Source: Patescibacteria group bacterium (GTDB lineage: Bacteria; Patescibacteriota; Microgenomatia; JAMCZE01). From it: DNA of 64,000 nt. Below are positions 30,201 through 36,881 of this stretch, piece by piece; position 1 is the stretch's first letter, and each line of letters begins with the position of its first letter. Made by a program: the position numbers and the translations under genes. The DNA is taken from the NCBI GenBank assembly GCA_023380635.1, contig JAMCRP010000002.1, positions 42,458 to 106,457 of the forward strand. The letters are read 5' to 3'. Below the pieces are notes generated by a model. That model saw only the letters and a list, made by a program, of their open reading frames with translations. It was not told the DNA's origin and did no database searches.

Positions 30201-33200
30201 TTTAAGATTGCCTCCTGGTTCGTCGAAAAACCTTCCGCCACCAGAGGCTCAAAACAGCAATTCCCAGAGAGAAGTTATGTCGTTGCTACCGCCGCCTCAG
30301 TAGACATTATTGACGCCGATACCAACAAGTTATGGATGAGATTTACTGGGGCAGACGGCAATATTATCCATTTCCCAACAGGATTTACATATAATGTCCC
30401 ATCTGTCACAGCGCTTAACGGAACTTTGTATGCAGGCATACAACGGACGAATGGAGCTTGGGGTAACTTAACTAGTGTCTACTTCTCACGGGATTCTTCT
30501 TCTGGAATAACTAGCGGCAGTACTTTCCCCTATCCTGGCGTGATTTCTCAGAGAAACAGCGCACTCGGATATCCGCTAGCCTTGAGCACTGTAACCATAG
30601 CCAACAGTTACGTTAACGATGTCTCCGCCGCGGTCATTCCCAACCAGCCGACCCAGACGGTAACTGTGAGCGGGTGGGGGTATATCCAAGGAAACGGGTC
30701 CACGCCTTATGTATCCGAAACAGTCAATTTCCCTTATAAATTCAACAATCTTCCCGTTGTAAATATTAATTTTTCCGGAGGCACCAGCACTACCGCTCCG
30801 ACAAAATTATCGGATTGTGCTGCAAACTGGCGAGTCGAAGCACATGCTGAAAGTATAGGAAATAATAGCTTTACGGCTAAGACAGCACTCACGGAAACCG
30901 GCGACGGCAATACCAGCGCTACCGGTTATTACTGTTACACCTGGACCGCGACAGGGCAAGTTTCGCCGAGACAATATGTAGGGGTAGCAACTAACGGCGG
31001 AGCGACTTTAATTAACGAGACGGACCAAAGTGCGGTTAATTACGGCGACACGGCTCAGTTTAGCCGGATCGCCTTAACCTCCAAGAGCCATATGTATATT
31101 GCCAGAGATAGTAATGTGGGAGAAATAAGAGTCTTTAATAATGCCGCCGGATTGGGGGCTGGTTTTAGCTCAGATATGCTGCTTTTTCCCACAAGTAGTT
31201 GCACAAACCAGCCTTGTTATTTGGCTGAAGCCGCCGGCGGTAATGGTCATGGTCCAACCAGCTTGTTTGTTACTGACGGAACTTCAACGGTAAATGGGAG
31301 TGCCGATACAGTTTATGTCGGTACTGCTGTTGGACTCTCGGTATTTCAATTAAATAATACGAACGCTAATTTAGGTGACGGCCAGGGGGAAATCCAAAGT
31401 TCTTCAGTAAAATATTACACCAAAGACTACATTTCCGAAGAAATGGTCGGGGACATTCGGGGCATGTGGCCGTTTAATGGCAGCGGGGCCATAACTCAAA
31501 ACAGCACAACCTTTACTGATGCCTCAGTAAAGGCCGATCCTTTGGTTTCTAAAGGCACCGGGGCGGCATACGCCAGCGGTGTTCGGGGGACTGGTGTTTC
31601 GCTTAACGGCACTAATGATTATTTCTGCCCGAATGGAGGCAGCGGATCGACCTGTACGGATGTTTCTTCTTTAAAGATTACCGGAAACAGCATATCCGTC
31701 GGAGCCTGGATGAAATCCTCGGCAACTTGCTCTGTCTTTCAGGATGTCATAAGCAAGGAAGATAATACTACTGGAAATTCCTGGCGGATTACAATGGACA
31801 GTGGTAACCACGCAAGATTTGATACTACCTTTGCGCCGGTATATGGTGTGGCCGCAACGGGAACAACAAATATTTGTGACGGCAAGTGGCATTACCTTGT
31901 GGGAGTCTATAACAATGGTGACACACAAAAAATCTATGTTGACGGCAGACTGGAAGGGACCGGGGCCGCACAATCAGCGACAGTCAGAGATGTGACGGCT
32001 CCGGTAGCAGTTGGTGCTGAATTTAATAACGGTACGCCAGGGAATTATTTTAAGGGGACAATCGACGAACCGTTTGTGACAGCCACGACTCTTTCGGCCA
32101 ACCAGATTAAGCATATGTATGAAGTCGGCGCCCGGGCGCTTCAGAGCCATTCCGCCTCTTTAGGCGGCGGGGCGGCGGACAAAAACCAGCAACTGGCCGG
32201 AGCTGCCGGTAACCCCACAAATTTAGTCAAAGCAGTAGGGGTGGATTACAACAACCAATACATGTATGTTTCCAACTCCGAAGCCGGGCTTAACCAAAAC
32301 AACGGCGGAGTTTCCAAGATCGATCTTAATTCTGATACCAATGTTTACACTTATAAAAACGGTTCCACCCCGGCCCAGTTGGATAGTGAGATATCCTCTC
32401 TGGCAGTTGGTTACAACCTTGAAGCCATGTCTTCGACAGCTTCCGGCGTCCTCAACCCCGGTATTGACGCTTTTGCCAGTGCTACTTCCGGTTCCTTCTT
32501 CTCAAATACTTATGTTTTACCAAAGCCCATTGCCTCGGCCGTCATCTGGACCAGCGCTTACAAAGACACTGCCGATTCCGGTTCGACGCAGACGATTAAA
32601 GCCAGTGTTGACGGCGGGAGTACATACGCCACCTGTAATTTGCTTAGTACTGACTACAATCCGGCCACCCCTGAACGGGCCTATGGTTGCGAATTTGCCG
32701 CTTCCGGTCAAAACTTGAAAGTCGAGTTTGATTTAGCCCGAACCAGCGTCAAGTCCAACAATTATGTTTCACAATACGGGATTACCTGGCTGGGACAAAA
32801 CGGGTTCAGAGTGGAACAGACCAATAACAACACAGTCAGACTGTATAACTATTCCGGCGAATCGGCTAATGTCCGGTTGGATGTCATTACCGGCGGCCTG
32901 GGGAGAAATGCCGGGACGATTTCTCTGGCCCCCAGCGCGGCAGATGTTGATGCCCAGAATAATTCCAATTCCCTGTGGATAAACAAAACGGGGGCGGGAG
33001 GGAATTTATTAAAACTTCAGGTCAGCGGGGCTGACAAACTCACCTTGGATGCTAACGGCCTGATGACCTTGACTGGGAACTTTGTTCCGGGAGCGGACAA
33101 CACCTATGATTTGGGCGCCTCGTCATCAGCCAGGTTTAGAAACTTGTATCTTGGACCCGGCTCGCTTCATATTCAGTCAAAATCCACAGACACGGGTTAC

Positions 33201-35321
33201 CCGGCGCTGGGGCTGGATTATGCCCTAGGCATTAACCCTGCCGGGAGCTTGGTGACCAGTCTGAACGGGACCTCGAACGCCTTGATGGCTATTACCCAGG
33301 ATGGTAAAGTCGGCATCGGGACAACTGCGCCCACGGCTCTTCTTCAGGTTTTTGGTAACGGCACCACTCAGGTGGCCAGTGTCTCGGCTTCTACCGGGAA
33401 AGCGGCTCTTTTGGTTGACAACACCGTTGGCGACCTCTTTACCGCGTCTTCTTCCGGAATGTCCCGGTTTGTGATTACGCAAAGCGGCAACGTCGGCATC
33501 GGGACAACGGGGCCAGGAGATAAACTCCATGTCGCAGGGGGCAATATTATAATTGAAGGATCTGGAGCTGGTGCAAGTCCTCGTGGTATTAAAACCCGTT
33601 ACACATCAAGTGACTCTTATTCTGGTAGTTTAGGTTGGAATGGTCTACAGCTTGGCAATAATGGACCAAATTATATTGTCGCTGGTAATTCAGCAACAGG
33701 TGGAAGTCTGAATTTCATTGTAAATAATTCTAATAGCTTGGGGACTGGAACAGATTATGGGACTGCTAATGGAACAAATGCAATGACAATATTAAGCAGT
33801 GGTAATGTCGGCATCGGGACAACGGGGCCAAATAAATTACTTGATGTATATAAATCTCAAAGCAGTGTCACCGACGAGTCGCAAGCGGCAGCGGCTTTCG
33901 GTGTCACTACGACGGGAGGTATCTATGGATATATCACTCCTAATCAGACTGGAAAAACAGTCACATTCGCTGGAGTTCGAGGCGGTCAGGCTAACGACGT
34001 ATCGCTGCTCTTTAACCCAGCTGGCGGCAACGTCGGCATCGGGACGACGGGACCTTTGGGCAAGTTAGATGTCGGCAACCAAATGTATGTTCAGTCAAAC
34101 GGAACCATCGAGAGTCCAGGCAGCAAGAACACGACTAACGGAATGATTGAAACATACTATAATGCTGGTGACAGATATGGTTTAGGTCAACTTTCCAATG
34201 GAGTAACAGCTTTGTACACATCCGATGCTTACAGCCCCAGCTCAATACAGTTTGGAAGAATAGACAGCAGCAACAATTTCATCTCTCTGATGGATATTAC
34301 CCATGGTGGCAATGTCGGCATCGGGACGACGAGTCCGGGCTATCTTTTAACCGTTAACTCCAGCACCCCAGGCTGCAACGGGTGTACCGCCTGGACAAAC
34401 TACTCTGATATCCGCCTAAAGGAAAACATTGCTTCCGTCTCCGGGGGAATTTTAGACAAAATTTTGCAACTAAACCCGGTGACTTTTAACTACAACGACA
34501 CCTACTATACCCAAACGGGTTATTCCCGCCCTGATGGCCAAACACCAACTTACACTGGCTTTATTGCCCAGCAGTTGCAAACGATTTTTCCGGAAATGGT
34601 TTCCACCTCCAGTAATGGTTATCTTGACACCAACCTTTCCAACTTGCAGATCTATCTGGTTAAAGGTATGCAGGAACAACAGGGAGAAATTGCTTCCCAG
34701 TCAGCCCAAATTGCCACCATGTCGGCCACACTTTCGGCCTGGAACGACCTTCTGGGGACCCCCTCAGCCTCTTTAGCCGAGTCTGTCGCCCGCCTAGACG
34801 GGTTATCAGCCGATATTTCCTCTTTAATGGCCGATAACCTCCAGATTAAATCCGATATCCAGCTTCTTAAAGAGCAAATGGCCACAGTTTCGGCTAACTT
34901 GGCTCAGGTTTCTTCCCAAACCGCTTCCAATTCCGCTTCTCTGGCTTCCTTAAGTCCCTTAAGTAACTTAAGCATCTTAAGTGATCTGGAAGTCTCGACG
35001 GTTTCGGCTTCCTTTGCCAACTTTTCTGACACTCTCAAGGTCGTGGGCAAGACCCAGCTGGCTGATACTAACATCGGGGGCAGCTTGACCGTGGGGTTGC
35101 TGCACTTTGACGATTTGAAAGCGGAGATATCCAGCTTAACCGGCACGGTTACCATTAACAGCAATTTGCAGGTGGCCGGAGACGCCACGGTGTCGGGAAC
35201 GCTCAAAACCGCCACGGCAGAAACTGACGGAATCAGTCTTAAAGATGAGGTGACGGGGGATTACTATTGTATTCGGATGCACAGTGGCGAGATTGCCAAA
35301 ACCCCCGGGAAATGCCAGTAG
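21228..35321 (+). CDS. giant membrane-anchored fibre-like protein (4697 aa): 2x MerR-type HTH, single TM, tail-fibre-like repeats, 2x ConA/LamG-like lectin domains, C-terminal peptidase-S74 intramolecular-chaperone domain
   Basis: Two N-terminal copies of LLKIGDAAKFLNVSIQTLRRWDESGKLKPVVTPGGTRFYEKQAL (MerR/HTH_17 pattern IGExAKxxGVSxxTLRxYExxGLLxPxRxxxGYRxY). TM helix identical to giant gene 1. Seven GNVGIGTT(S/G)P-type motifs. LamG/ConA-like jelly-roll domains at ~28.12-28.73 kb and ~31.46-32.15 kb (AWSFGAWFKTT...NWHFGVVTYDG...KIYADGQL). S74 domain at ~34.40-34.69 kb (SDIRLKENI...LNPVTFNYN...TGFIAQQLQTIFPEMV...YLDTNLSNLQIYLVKGMQEQQ). The start is ambiguous: TTG at 21228 or GTG at 21267. Confidence 0.85.
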   Translation: MTNLFKSPHTDYAVKKSTDAGLLKIGDAAKFLNVSIQTLRRWDESGKLKPVVTPGGTRFYEKQALKNIRVGNGVRETDGTGEMKSEQQVTKKTGKFSKRGLVKIGTAAKLLGISIPTLRRWDEMGKLRAVVSPGGTRLYSKDSLAAINPALSEYKILKSEEPEIKPAKQFIKEVVSEVLHQQKAVLQLPPPVNPIQTISEWSQEPVHYRAETEAGRIAGYFQKPPPEDTRNKIQETRETPNTRKKRSWKSFAYTLPAVLATILLLLTTGLNIYITSYQKKVASDRNLQAVLAESSSQNFLDIRADTDVSGRLTVWGKDVLTEATLASSSPYLSNLNQSLSTTATPTFANLTLTAGKIVLEDKTQTLKNKSLSGSDNTFSNIPNSALANSKVTVTAGTNLTGGGDVVLGDSTTIGLKDNISVTSVTSSALTVNGDAAITGNLNVGGGLQFSSLAVTGTSGTAPVASISGKTSFAAVVVDNSGSGDLFTASTAGQPRFTVNSNGDLLPGITSHQSIGSPTQVWDTIYANNLSGTNWSGNIIGTQYGGTGQDWHLTAQGNVPYFSASGTMNTLAPGTNHQVFVTQGVGANPKWEDLVNLLTPGTDITLGGTNVVTINDASTLQSVTGRGAATTNPITLNLTGGNAYFGSGNASALVDLSSTSKGFLTPRMTQAQRDAISTPAPGLLIYNTDTNQFNVYNSSTWGAIAGAGAAYWGDNIGALYPLYLNSDLLIGSDATASALIRLEGTTGYITANRINGNKIATGSGNVAVSATLPLAVDTNGNMTLAYTSNLKVTSSQLDTAQNIGPSASPQFVSLTLGSGTTGTLQTAALTGSRTWTLPDNTGEICTTYGNCIGGVGGSVGGSGTNTKIAMFTPDGTHIGDSHITDTGTQIQFFNTSNYIDSSGNFYLNGSLFASGNEAGFWQRQSGVLAPKNITDSLIIGGNATGSGQLQVYGLNSQMPVASISAQTPWAALVVDNATGDLFTASSSGMTRFTVGNTGNLTAGTYNTATITGGSLSATAVNGVATANILTTGTTFAGDVGGSYNNLAIGTGKVTNPMLSGPVDTTHGGTGNDWHLTAQGNVPYFSAAGTMGLLAPGTASQVLTTGGGGADPAWTNMASLVTGAGNITVTGTQTLSINTVNNPTFSTSVTTPLLTNSGNLLINPTGNVGIGTTSPAALLSVGTNSDLRVNGTGDIVARTYNGNIIATGSGTLTLGSASLNIGTGGTLNTGAYADISLYAPLASPTFTGTVTIPTSFVLGATTVTTTGTQLNYLNAATGTTGNTNSNLVFSNGPTLTSPAFSTIVNVGTLTLPTTSDTLVGRATTDTFTNKTFDTAGTGNILRINGTQVSAVTGTGSVVLASAPTISNPIITNINPGADFTLTQNSVTPFISYNSGALANTLVLSAGSVGIGVTNPGAKLDVAGAASISGILTLNNGVTTQINATNDRSLDLGFANTGRVNFLTTSSYIDANGNFSTNGQIQVGSFASAPTALGAGSMYYNSTENRLYAYNGTNWSPLGEQSTVVVTNNSGTTLNPKDLVIFDSSANNAVTTTTTAYKKGVVYGVVVDASCASGATNCKVQISGKVDVSVTNSNAAKGDYVFTSTTAAKGVTSAKLFDGLIGIVTDNTNAGSGYVTIIFQPQAQVLAGVVMDKISRHNDYKIYSNIYTPINEGSVFSPNLTARGISFDNFLDQTKVDAALTTVGSTMSAQIQSPTAQTSAPFRMGLTGGQTYNTTNTDNAGNAYLGSNTVNKVFYYDRTRDSIPQVQVELGIDPNWYNGVTLSVASTSAQFSQADTITKPNPNLSTAYNGSLVKVSGTYPTQAATRTIYLTITSPTQFTWSDGAVGANNVSINPGVSQALGTTGVSVTFTNVKYNPGDVFRIASWVVEPASSTRGSKAQFPERSYVIGTASSVDIIDADTNKLWMRFTINATSWAVTTMLIDASSSVTALNGTIYSSQGASGLLKIVFDRDTGFGFTTDWTNYGGTFRGGIAQRNTQNGYAQNVPLNIVNNTVNDISAAVIPNQPTQTVTTSGWGYMYLNAAGSNYEVVNLPYKFNDIPKVVISASAERATAPTNYGDCSWGISTNFVANTYSATTSNFGATIATPGSGTTTGYICYTWTATGVVSPRQYVAVGTNQGVTVINETDQSGVNYSTVSSGDHNVGSVFLTSNDNLYFSYPWSYPTDVKVAVQYGVAGVTSNVAWDSWSGNYASIGNSWSNKGPTPLQSSTNYQIFVTSGTSTIDGKSNTIYVSGSNGLTVIQEKQAGRFGTAESYVPSDENNGSVKYYTKDYISEEMVGDIRGMWPLNGTLSDASVKGNTLTDGGIAFGTGVRGQGAVISGLSFLYCTDASCGGTSKLDSGGTAWSFGAWFKTTSTGGTIISKYNGGVSGAYFLAVDGSGKLSGDIEQSPYTFTGNKIVNDGNWHFGVVTYDGVSAKIYADGQLDSLVAMTGNIPDTTANFAIGARYTGGSVSNILLGSIDEPFVSATALTANQIKHMYEVGARALQSHSASLGGGAADANQKLGTNVASVSAAAVDYNNQFMYVGANDSTNGGVSKIDLNSDTNIRTIQTANTPVGGTVLPAKTVSSLAAGYNLEVVGTGTGAIGMAPDDNANNLSGTLYSKTLTTPESFSQAYIWSQQVTDAADAANTVTVWASNDGGSNYYQCNQTNTDSTQTPTEYEYFCQFNAVGSSLKIKEVFARGSTKTNTYVTRYGVAWIDSSNAIGSNPLGNGMYTNNATVADSSYLEVAHNQNTADAVANAWISSESKWKQLDATYKPVAAYDGLSGVLSEYHDLAANYKTGDLVSTPSGILFDTFKDITKTASAASTLSLDFGKNRVGLMGGQTFNTTNTDSDGNALLGSNTVNKVFYYDRINKDSSPQVQVELGVDPNWYNGVTLSVATTSAQMSQSETTVPAGKNPNLSTTYNGSLVKVTGTYATTAAARPIWITISDNSSFVWTDYNGNGGTASLQQGVTQALGSTGVSVTFTGTKYNIGDVFKIASWFVEKPSATRGSKQQFPERSYVVATAASVDIIDADTNKLWMRFTGADGNIIHFPTGFTYNVPSVTALNGTLYAGIQRTNGAWGNLTSVYFSRDSSSGITSGSTFPYPGVISQRNSALGYPLALSTVTIANSYVNDVSAAVIPNQPTQTVTVSGWGYIQGNGSTPYVSETVNFPYKFNNLPVVNINFSGGTSTTAPTKLSDCAANWRVEAHAESIGNNSFTAKTALTETGDGNTSATGYYCYTWTATGQVSPRQYVGVATNGGATLINETDQSAVNYGDTAQFSRIALTSKSHMYIARDSNVGEIRVFNNAAGLGAGFSSDMLLFPTSSCTNQPCYLAEAAGGNGHGPTSLFVTDGTSTVNGSADTVYVGTAVGLSVFQLNNTNANLGDGQGEIQSSSVKYYTKDYISEEMVGDIRGMWPFNGSGAITQNSTTFTDASVKADPLVSKGTGAAYASGVRGTGVSLNGTNDYFCPNGGSGSTCTDVSSLKITGNSISVGAWMKSSATCSVFQDVISKEDNTTGNSWRITMDSGNHARFDTTFAPVYGVAATGTTNICDGKWHYLVGVYNNGDTQKIYVDGRLEGTGAAQSATVRDVTAPVAVGAEFNNGTPGNYFKGTIDEPFVTATTLSANQIKHMYEVGARALQSHSASLGGGAADKNQQLAGAAGNPTNLVKAVGVDYNNQYMYVSNSEAGLNQNNGGVSKIDLNSDTNVYTYKNGSTPAQLDSEISSLAVGYNLEAMSSTASGVLNPGIDAFASATSGSFFSNTYVLPKPIASAVIWTSAYKDTADSGSTQTIKASVDGGSTYATCNLLSTDYNPATPERAYGCEFAASGQNLKVEFDLARTSVKSNNYVSQYGITWLGQNGFRVEQTNNNTVRLYNYSGESANVRLDVITGGLGRNAGTISLAPSAADVDAQNNSNSLWINKTGAGGNLLKLQVSGADKLTLDANGLMTLTGNFVPGADNTYDLGASSSARFRNLYLGPGSLHIQSKSTDTGYPALGLDYALGINPAGSLVTSLNGTSNALMAITQDGKVGIGTTAPTALLQVFGNGTTQVASVSASTGKAALLVDNTVGDLFTASSSGMSRFVITQSGNVGIGTTGPGDKLHVAGGNIIIEGSGAGASPRGIKTRYTSSDSYSGSLGWNGLQLGNNGPNYIVAGNSATGGSLNFIVNNSNSLGTGTDYGTANGTNAMTILSSGNVGIGTTGPNKLLDVYKSQSSVTDESQAAAAFGVTTTGGIYGYITPNQTGKTVTFAGVRGGQANDVSLLFNPAGGNVGIGTTGPLGKLDVGNQMYVQSNGTIESPGSKNTTNGMIETYYNAGDRYGLGQLSNGVTALYTSDAYSPSSIQFGRIDSSNNFISLMDITHGGNVGIGTTSPGYLLTVNSSTPGCNGCTAWTNYSDIRLKENIASVSGGILDKILQLNPVTFNYNDTYYTQTGYSRPDGQTPTYTGFIAQQLQTIFPEMVSTSSNGYLDTNLSNLQIYLVKGMQEQQGEIASQSAQIATMSATLSAWNDLLGTPSASLAESVARLDGLSADISSLMADNLQIKSDIQLLKEQMATVSANLAQVSSQTASNSASLASLSPLSNLSILSDLEVSTVSASFANFSDTLKVVGKTQLADTNIGGSLTVGLLHFDDLKAEISSLTGTVTINSNLQVAGDATVSGTLKTATAETDGISLKDEVTGDYYCIRMHSGEIAKTPGKCQ
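26270..32790. repeat. diverged internal tandem duplication (~3.1-3.4 kb unit x2) within giant gene 2
   Basis: Copy A ~26270-29390 and copy B ~29640-32790 are collinear at protein level (G(I/L)(S/L)FD-x-F-x-D-x-TK ... NTVNKVFYYDR ... QVQVELG(I/V)DPNWYNGVTLSVA ... SSVKYYTKDYISEEMVGDIRGMWP ... HMYEVGARALQSHSASLGGGAAD ... VDYNNQ-x-MYV ... GGVSKIDLNSDTN). There is a 56-nt exact DNA match at 28075-28130 versus 31417-31472. Confidence 0.85.
34938..34985. repeat. in-frame tandem 9-bp 'nnnCTTAAG' array inside giant gene 2
   Basis: tcccttaag taacttaag catcttaag tgatctgga encoding SLSPLSNLSILSDLE; the same unit family as the intergenic arrays at 9.7, 10.4, 11.1 and 38.8 kb. Confidence 0.7.
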
Positions 35322-35365
35322 AATTTGAAATTTGAAATTTACAATTTGAACTGAATTTGCAATTT
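35322..35365. repeat. A/T-rich 8-bp periodic 'AATTT(G/C)AA' array between the giant gene 2 stop and an avd-like gene
   Basis: gaatttgaaatttgaaatttacaatttgaactgaatttgcaatttaaatg. Confidence 0.75.
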
Positions 35366-35367
35366 AA

Positions 35368-35733
35368 ATGCCTCAATTTAAAAATAACTATGATTTAGAA
35401 GAGAGGACGGTTCGGTTCTCCGAGAGTCTTGTAGATTTTCTGAAGGCGTGTCCAAAAACAGTAATTACTATTCCTTTAATTGATCAAGGACTGCGAGCGG
35501 GAACCAGTATTGGGGCTAACTATCGGGAAGCAAACGGAGCTTCTTCTAAAAAGGATTTTAAAAACAAAATATTTATTTGTAAAAAGGAGGCAAAAGAGAC
35601 AATCTATTGGTTAAGATTGTTAGGCAGAGTGCTAGGTGATGGTAATCTGAAACAAAAGTGCAGAAACTTATACCAAGAAGCCAGCGAATATGTCTTAATT
35701 TTCGGAAAAATTGCCAGTAGTTGTAGAGAATAG
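35368..35733 (+). CDS. four-helix-bundle protein (Avd-like / 23S rRNA IVS protein family), canonical short form
   Basis: LRAGTSIGANYREANGASSKKDFKNKIFICKKEAKETIYWLRLL is the textbook family signature (R-x-G-x-SI-x-AN-x-x-EA ... KDF ... KEA-x-ET-x-YWL-x-LL). Confidence 0.8.
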   Translation: MPQFKNNYDLEERTVRFSESLVDFLKACPKTVITIPLIDQGLRAGTSIGANYREANGASSKKDFKNKIFICKKEAKETIYWLRLLGRVLGDGNLKQKCRNLYQEASEYVLIFGKIASSCRE

Positions 35734-35754
35734 TTTAAAAACTTAAAATTGATT

Positions 35755-35800
35755 AAGTGAATATTAATTTCAAATTTTAAATTGTAAATTTCAAATTGGA
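35755..35800. repeat. A/T-rich 8-bp periodic 'AATTT(G/C)AA' array upstream of the GalT-like gene
   Basis: attaatttcaaattttaaattgtaaatttcaaattgg. Confidence 0.75.
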
Positions 35801-35802
35801 GT

Positions 35803-36672
35803 ATGGCCAAATTTGTTCCCGATATTAAAACCAACCGCTGGGTGGTGATTGCCCCGGCCAGAATTTCCCGGCCGCATGACAACACTCCGTTTGCCGTCCA
35901 GGCGCCTCAGGCGCCGGTCTGTCCCTTTTGCCCGGGGCAGGAAAGTCTGAACAAAGAACTATTTAGAGTCGGCGATCCTTGGAAAGTCCGGGTCATTGCT
36001 AATAAGTATCCGATAACCGATTATCACGAGGTCATTATCCATTCTCCGGATCATACTCACGACCTGGATACTTTGCCCATCAACCAGGTGGAGTTAATCC
36101 TAACCACCTACCGGCAGCGTTATAACTTCCATAAAAATTCGGAGCATGACGGCCAGGTGATGATTTTTAATAATCATGACATTCACGCCGGGGCGAGTCT
36201 CGCGCACCCACATTCCCAAATTGTGGTTGTTCCCAAGCAAATTAACCTGGATACCGTTCAGAAGGAGCCGGTCCAAAATGAAGTGGTCAGAACAAACTTT
36301 TTTGTGGCTTATTGTCCGGATTTTTCCCAGTGGCCCTACGAAATTTGGATTGCGCCATTAATCGAAGGCAAAAATTACGGCGAAATTTCCGACGAGGAAA
36401 TCAAGGATCTGGCGCCATTAATGCAAAAGCTTATCGGGTTTATTAATAATAAATTCAAAGAAGAGGTTAAGCTTCACCAGCCGATGGAAAAGTCGGACGA
36501 AACGGGGGAGACGCCTTACAATTATTATATTTACCACGGCCAGGACTGGTATCTGCGTATTATTCCCAGACTGGTTCACCGGGCGGGATTTGAGTTGGGA
36601 ACAGGGCTCTCTGTAAATATAATTGACCCGAGTGTTGCGGCGCGGGAGTACCGAGAGGGAATTGCGTCCTGA
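35803..36672 (+). CDS. GalT-like HIT-superfamily nucleotidyltransferase (galactose-1-phosphate uridylyltransferase-like)
   Basis: N-terminal zinc knuckle CPFCPG and His-x-His motif AHPHSQIVVVP (GalT HPH-type active site); ~290-aa two-half HIT-like layout. Confidence 0.6.
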   Translation: MAKFVPDIKTNRWVVIAPARISRPHDNTPFAVQAPQAPVCPFCPGQESLNKELFRVGDPWKVRVIANKYPITDYHEVIIHSPDHTHDLDTLPINQVELILTTYRQRYNFHKNSEHDGQVMIFNNHDIHAGASLAHPHSQIVVVPKQINLDTVQKEPVQNEVVRTNFFVAYCPDFSQWPYEIWIAPLIEGKNYGEISDEEIKDLAPLMQKLIGFINNKFKEEVKLHQPMEKSDETGETPYNYYIYHGQDWYLRIIPRLVHRAGFELGTGLSVNIIDPSVAAREYREGIAS

Positions 36673-36828
36673 TTGCGAGCGAATGAAATGAGCATGGCAA
36701 TCTCATAAGATTGGGGCACTACAGATTGTCAGTACAGCATTGATAGCAGTAAATGTTACTCGGATTTAAGAGGCCTCTTATTCTATGAGATCGCCACACT
36801 CTTCGGGCTCGCGATAACGAAGTAGCTA

Positions 36829-36858
36829 TTGACAAGCCGTGTACACCTTTGATATAAC
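36829..36858 (+). promoter_or_regulatory. sigma-70-type promoter for the excisionase-like HTH gene
   Basis: TTGACA(36829-36834), an 18-nt spacer, then an extended -10 TGaTATAAC(36850-36858), about 24 nt upstream of the ATG at 36882. Confidence 0.55.
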
Positions 36859-36881
36859 CGGACACAGTAAATCATATTCTC

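Noticed and set aside
16523-35215. Numerous minus-strand ORFs (e.g. 16523-16936, 19619-20182, 22217-22750, 24470-24805, 25034-25360, 34652-34885, 34904-35215) and off-frame plus-strand ORFs inside the two giant genes
   Set aside because: All lie antisense or out of frame within ORFs that carry clear conserved protein domains. The conserved antisense ORFs in the N- and C-terminal shared modules are a by-product of the repeated coding sequence, not independent genes.
19620-35321. Diversity-generating-retroelement TR/VR pair formed by the conserved 3' ends of the two giant genes
   Set aside because: No reverse transcriptase ORF in the window. Mismatches between the two ~640-bp regions are spread over all four bases rather than concentrated at adenines. 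The pattern fits paralogous gene conversion better.
21228-35321. Prophage or tailocin, because of S74 chaperone, tail-fibre-like repeats and an excisionase-like HTH
   Set aside because: No capsid, portal, terminase, tail-tube, baseplate or integrase genes nearby. The fibre genes carry cytoplasmic HTH and TM anchors, and the neighbours are housekeeping genes, so this looks like domesticated fibre modules rather than a prophage.
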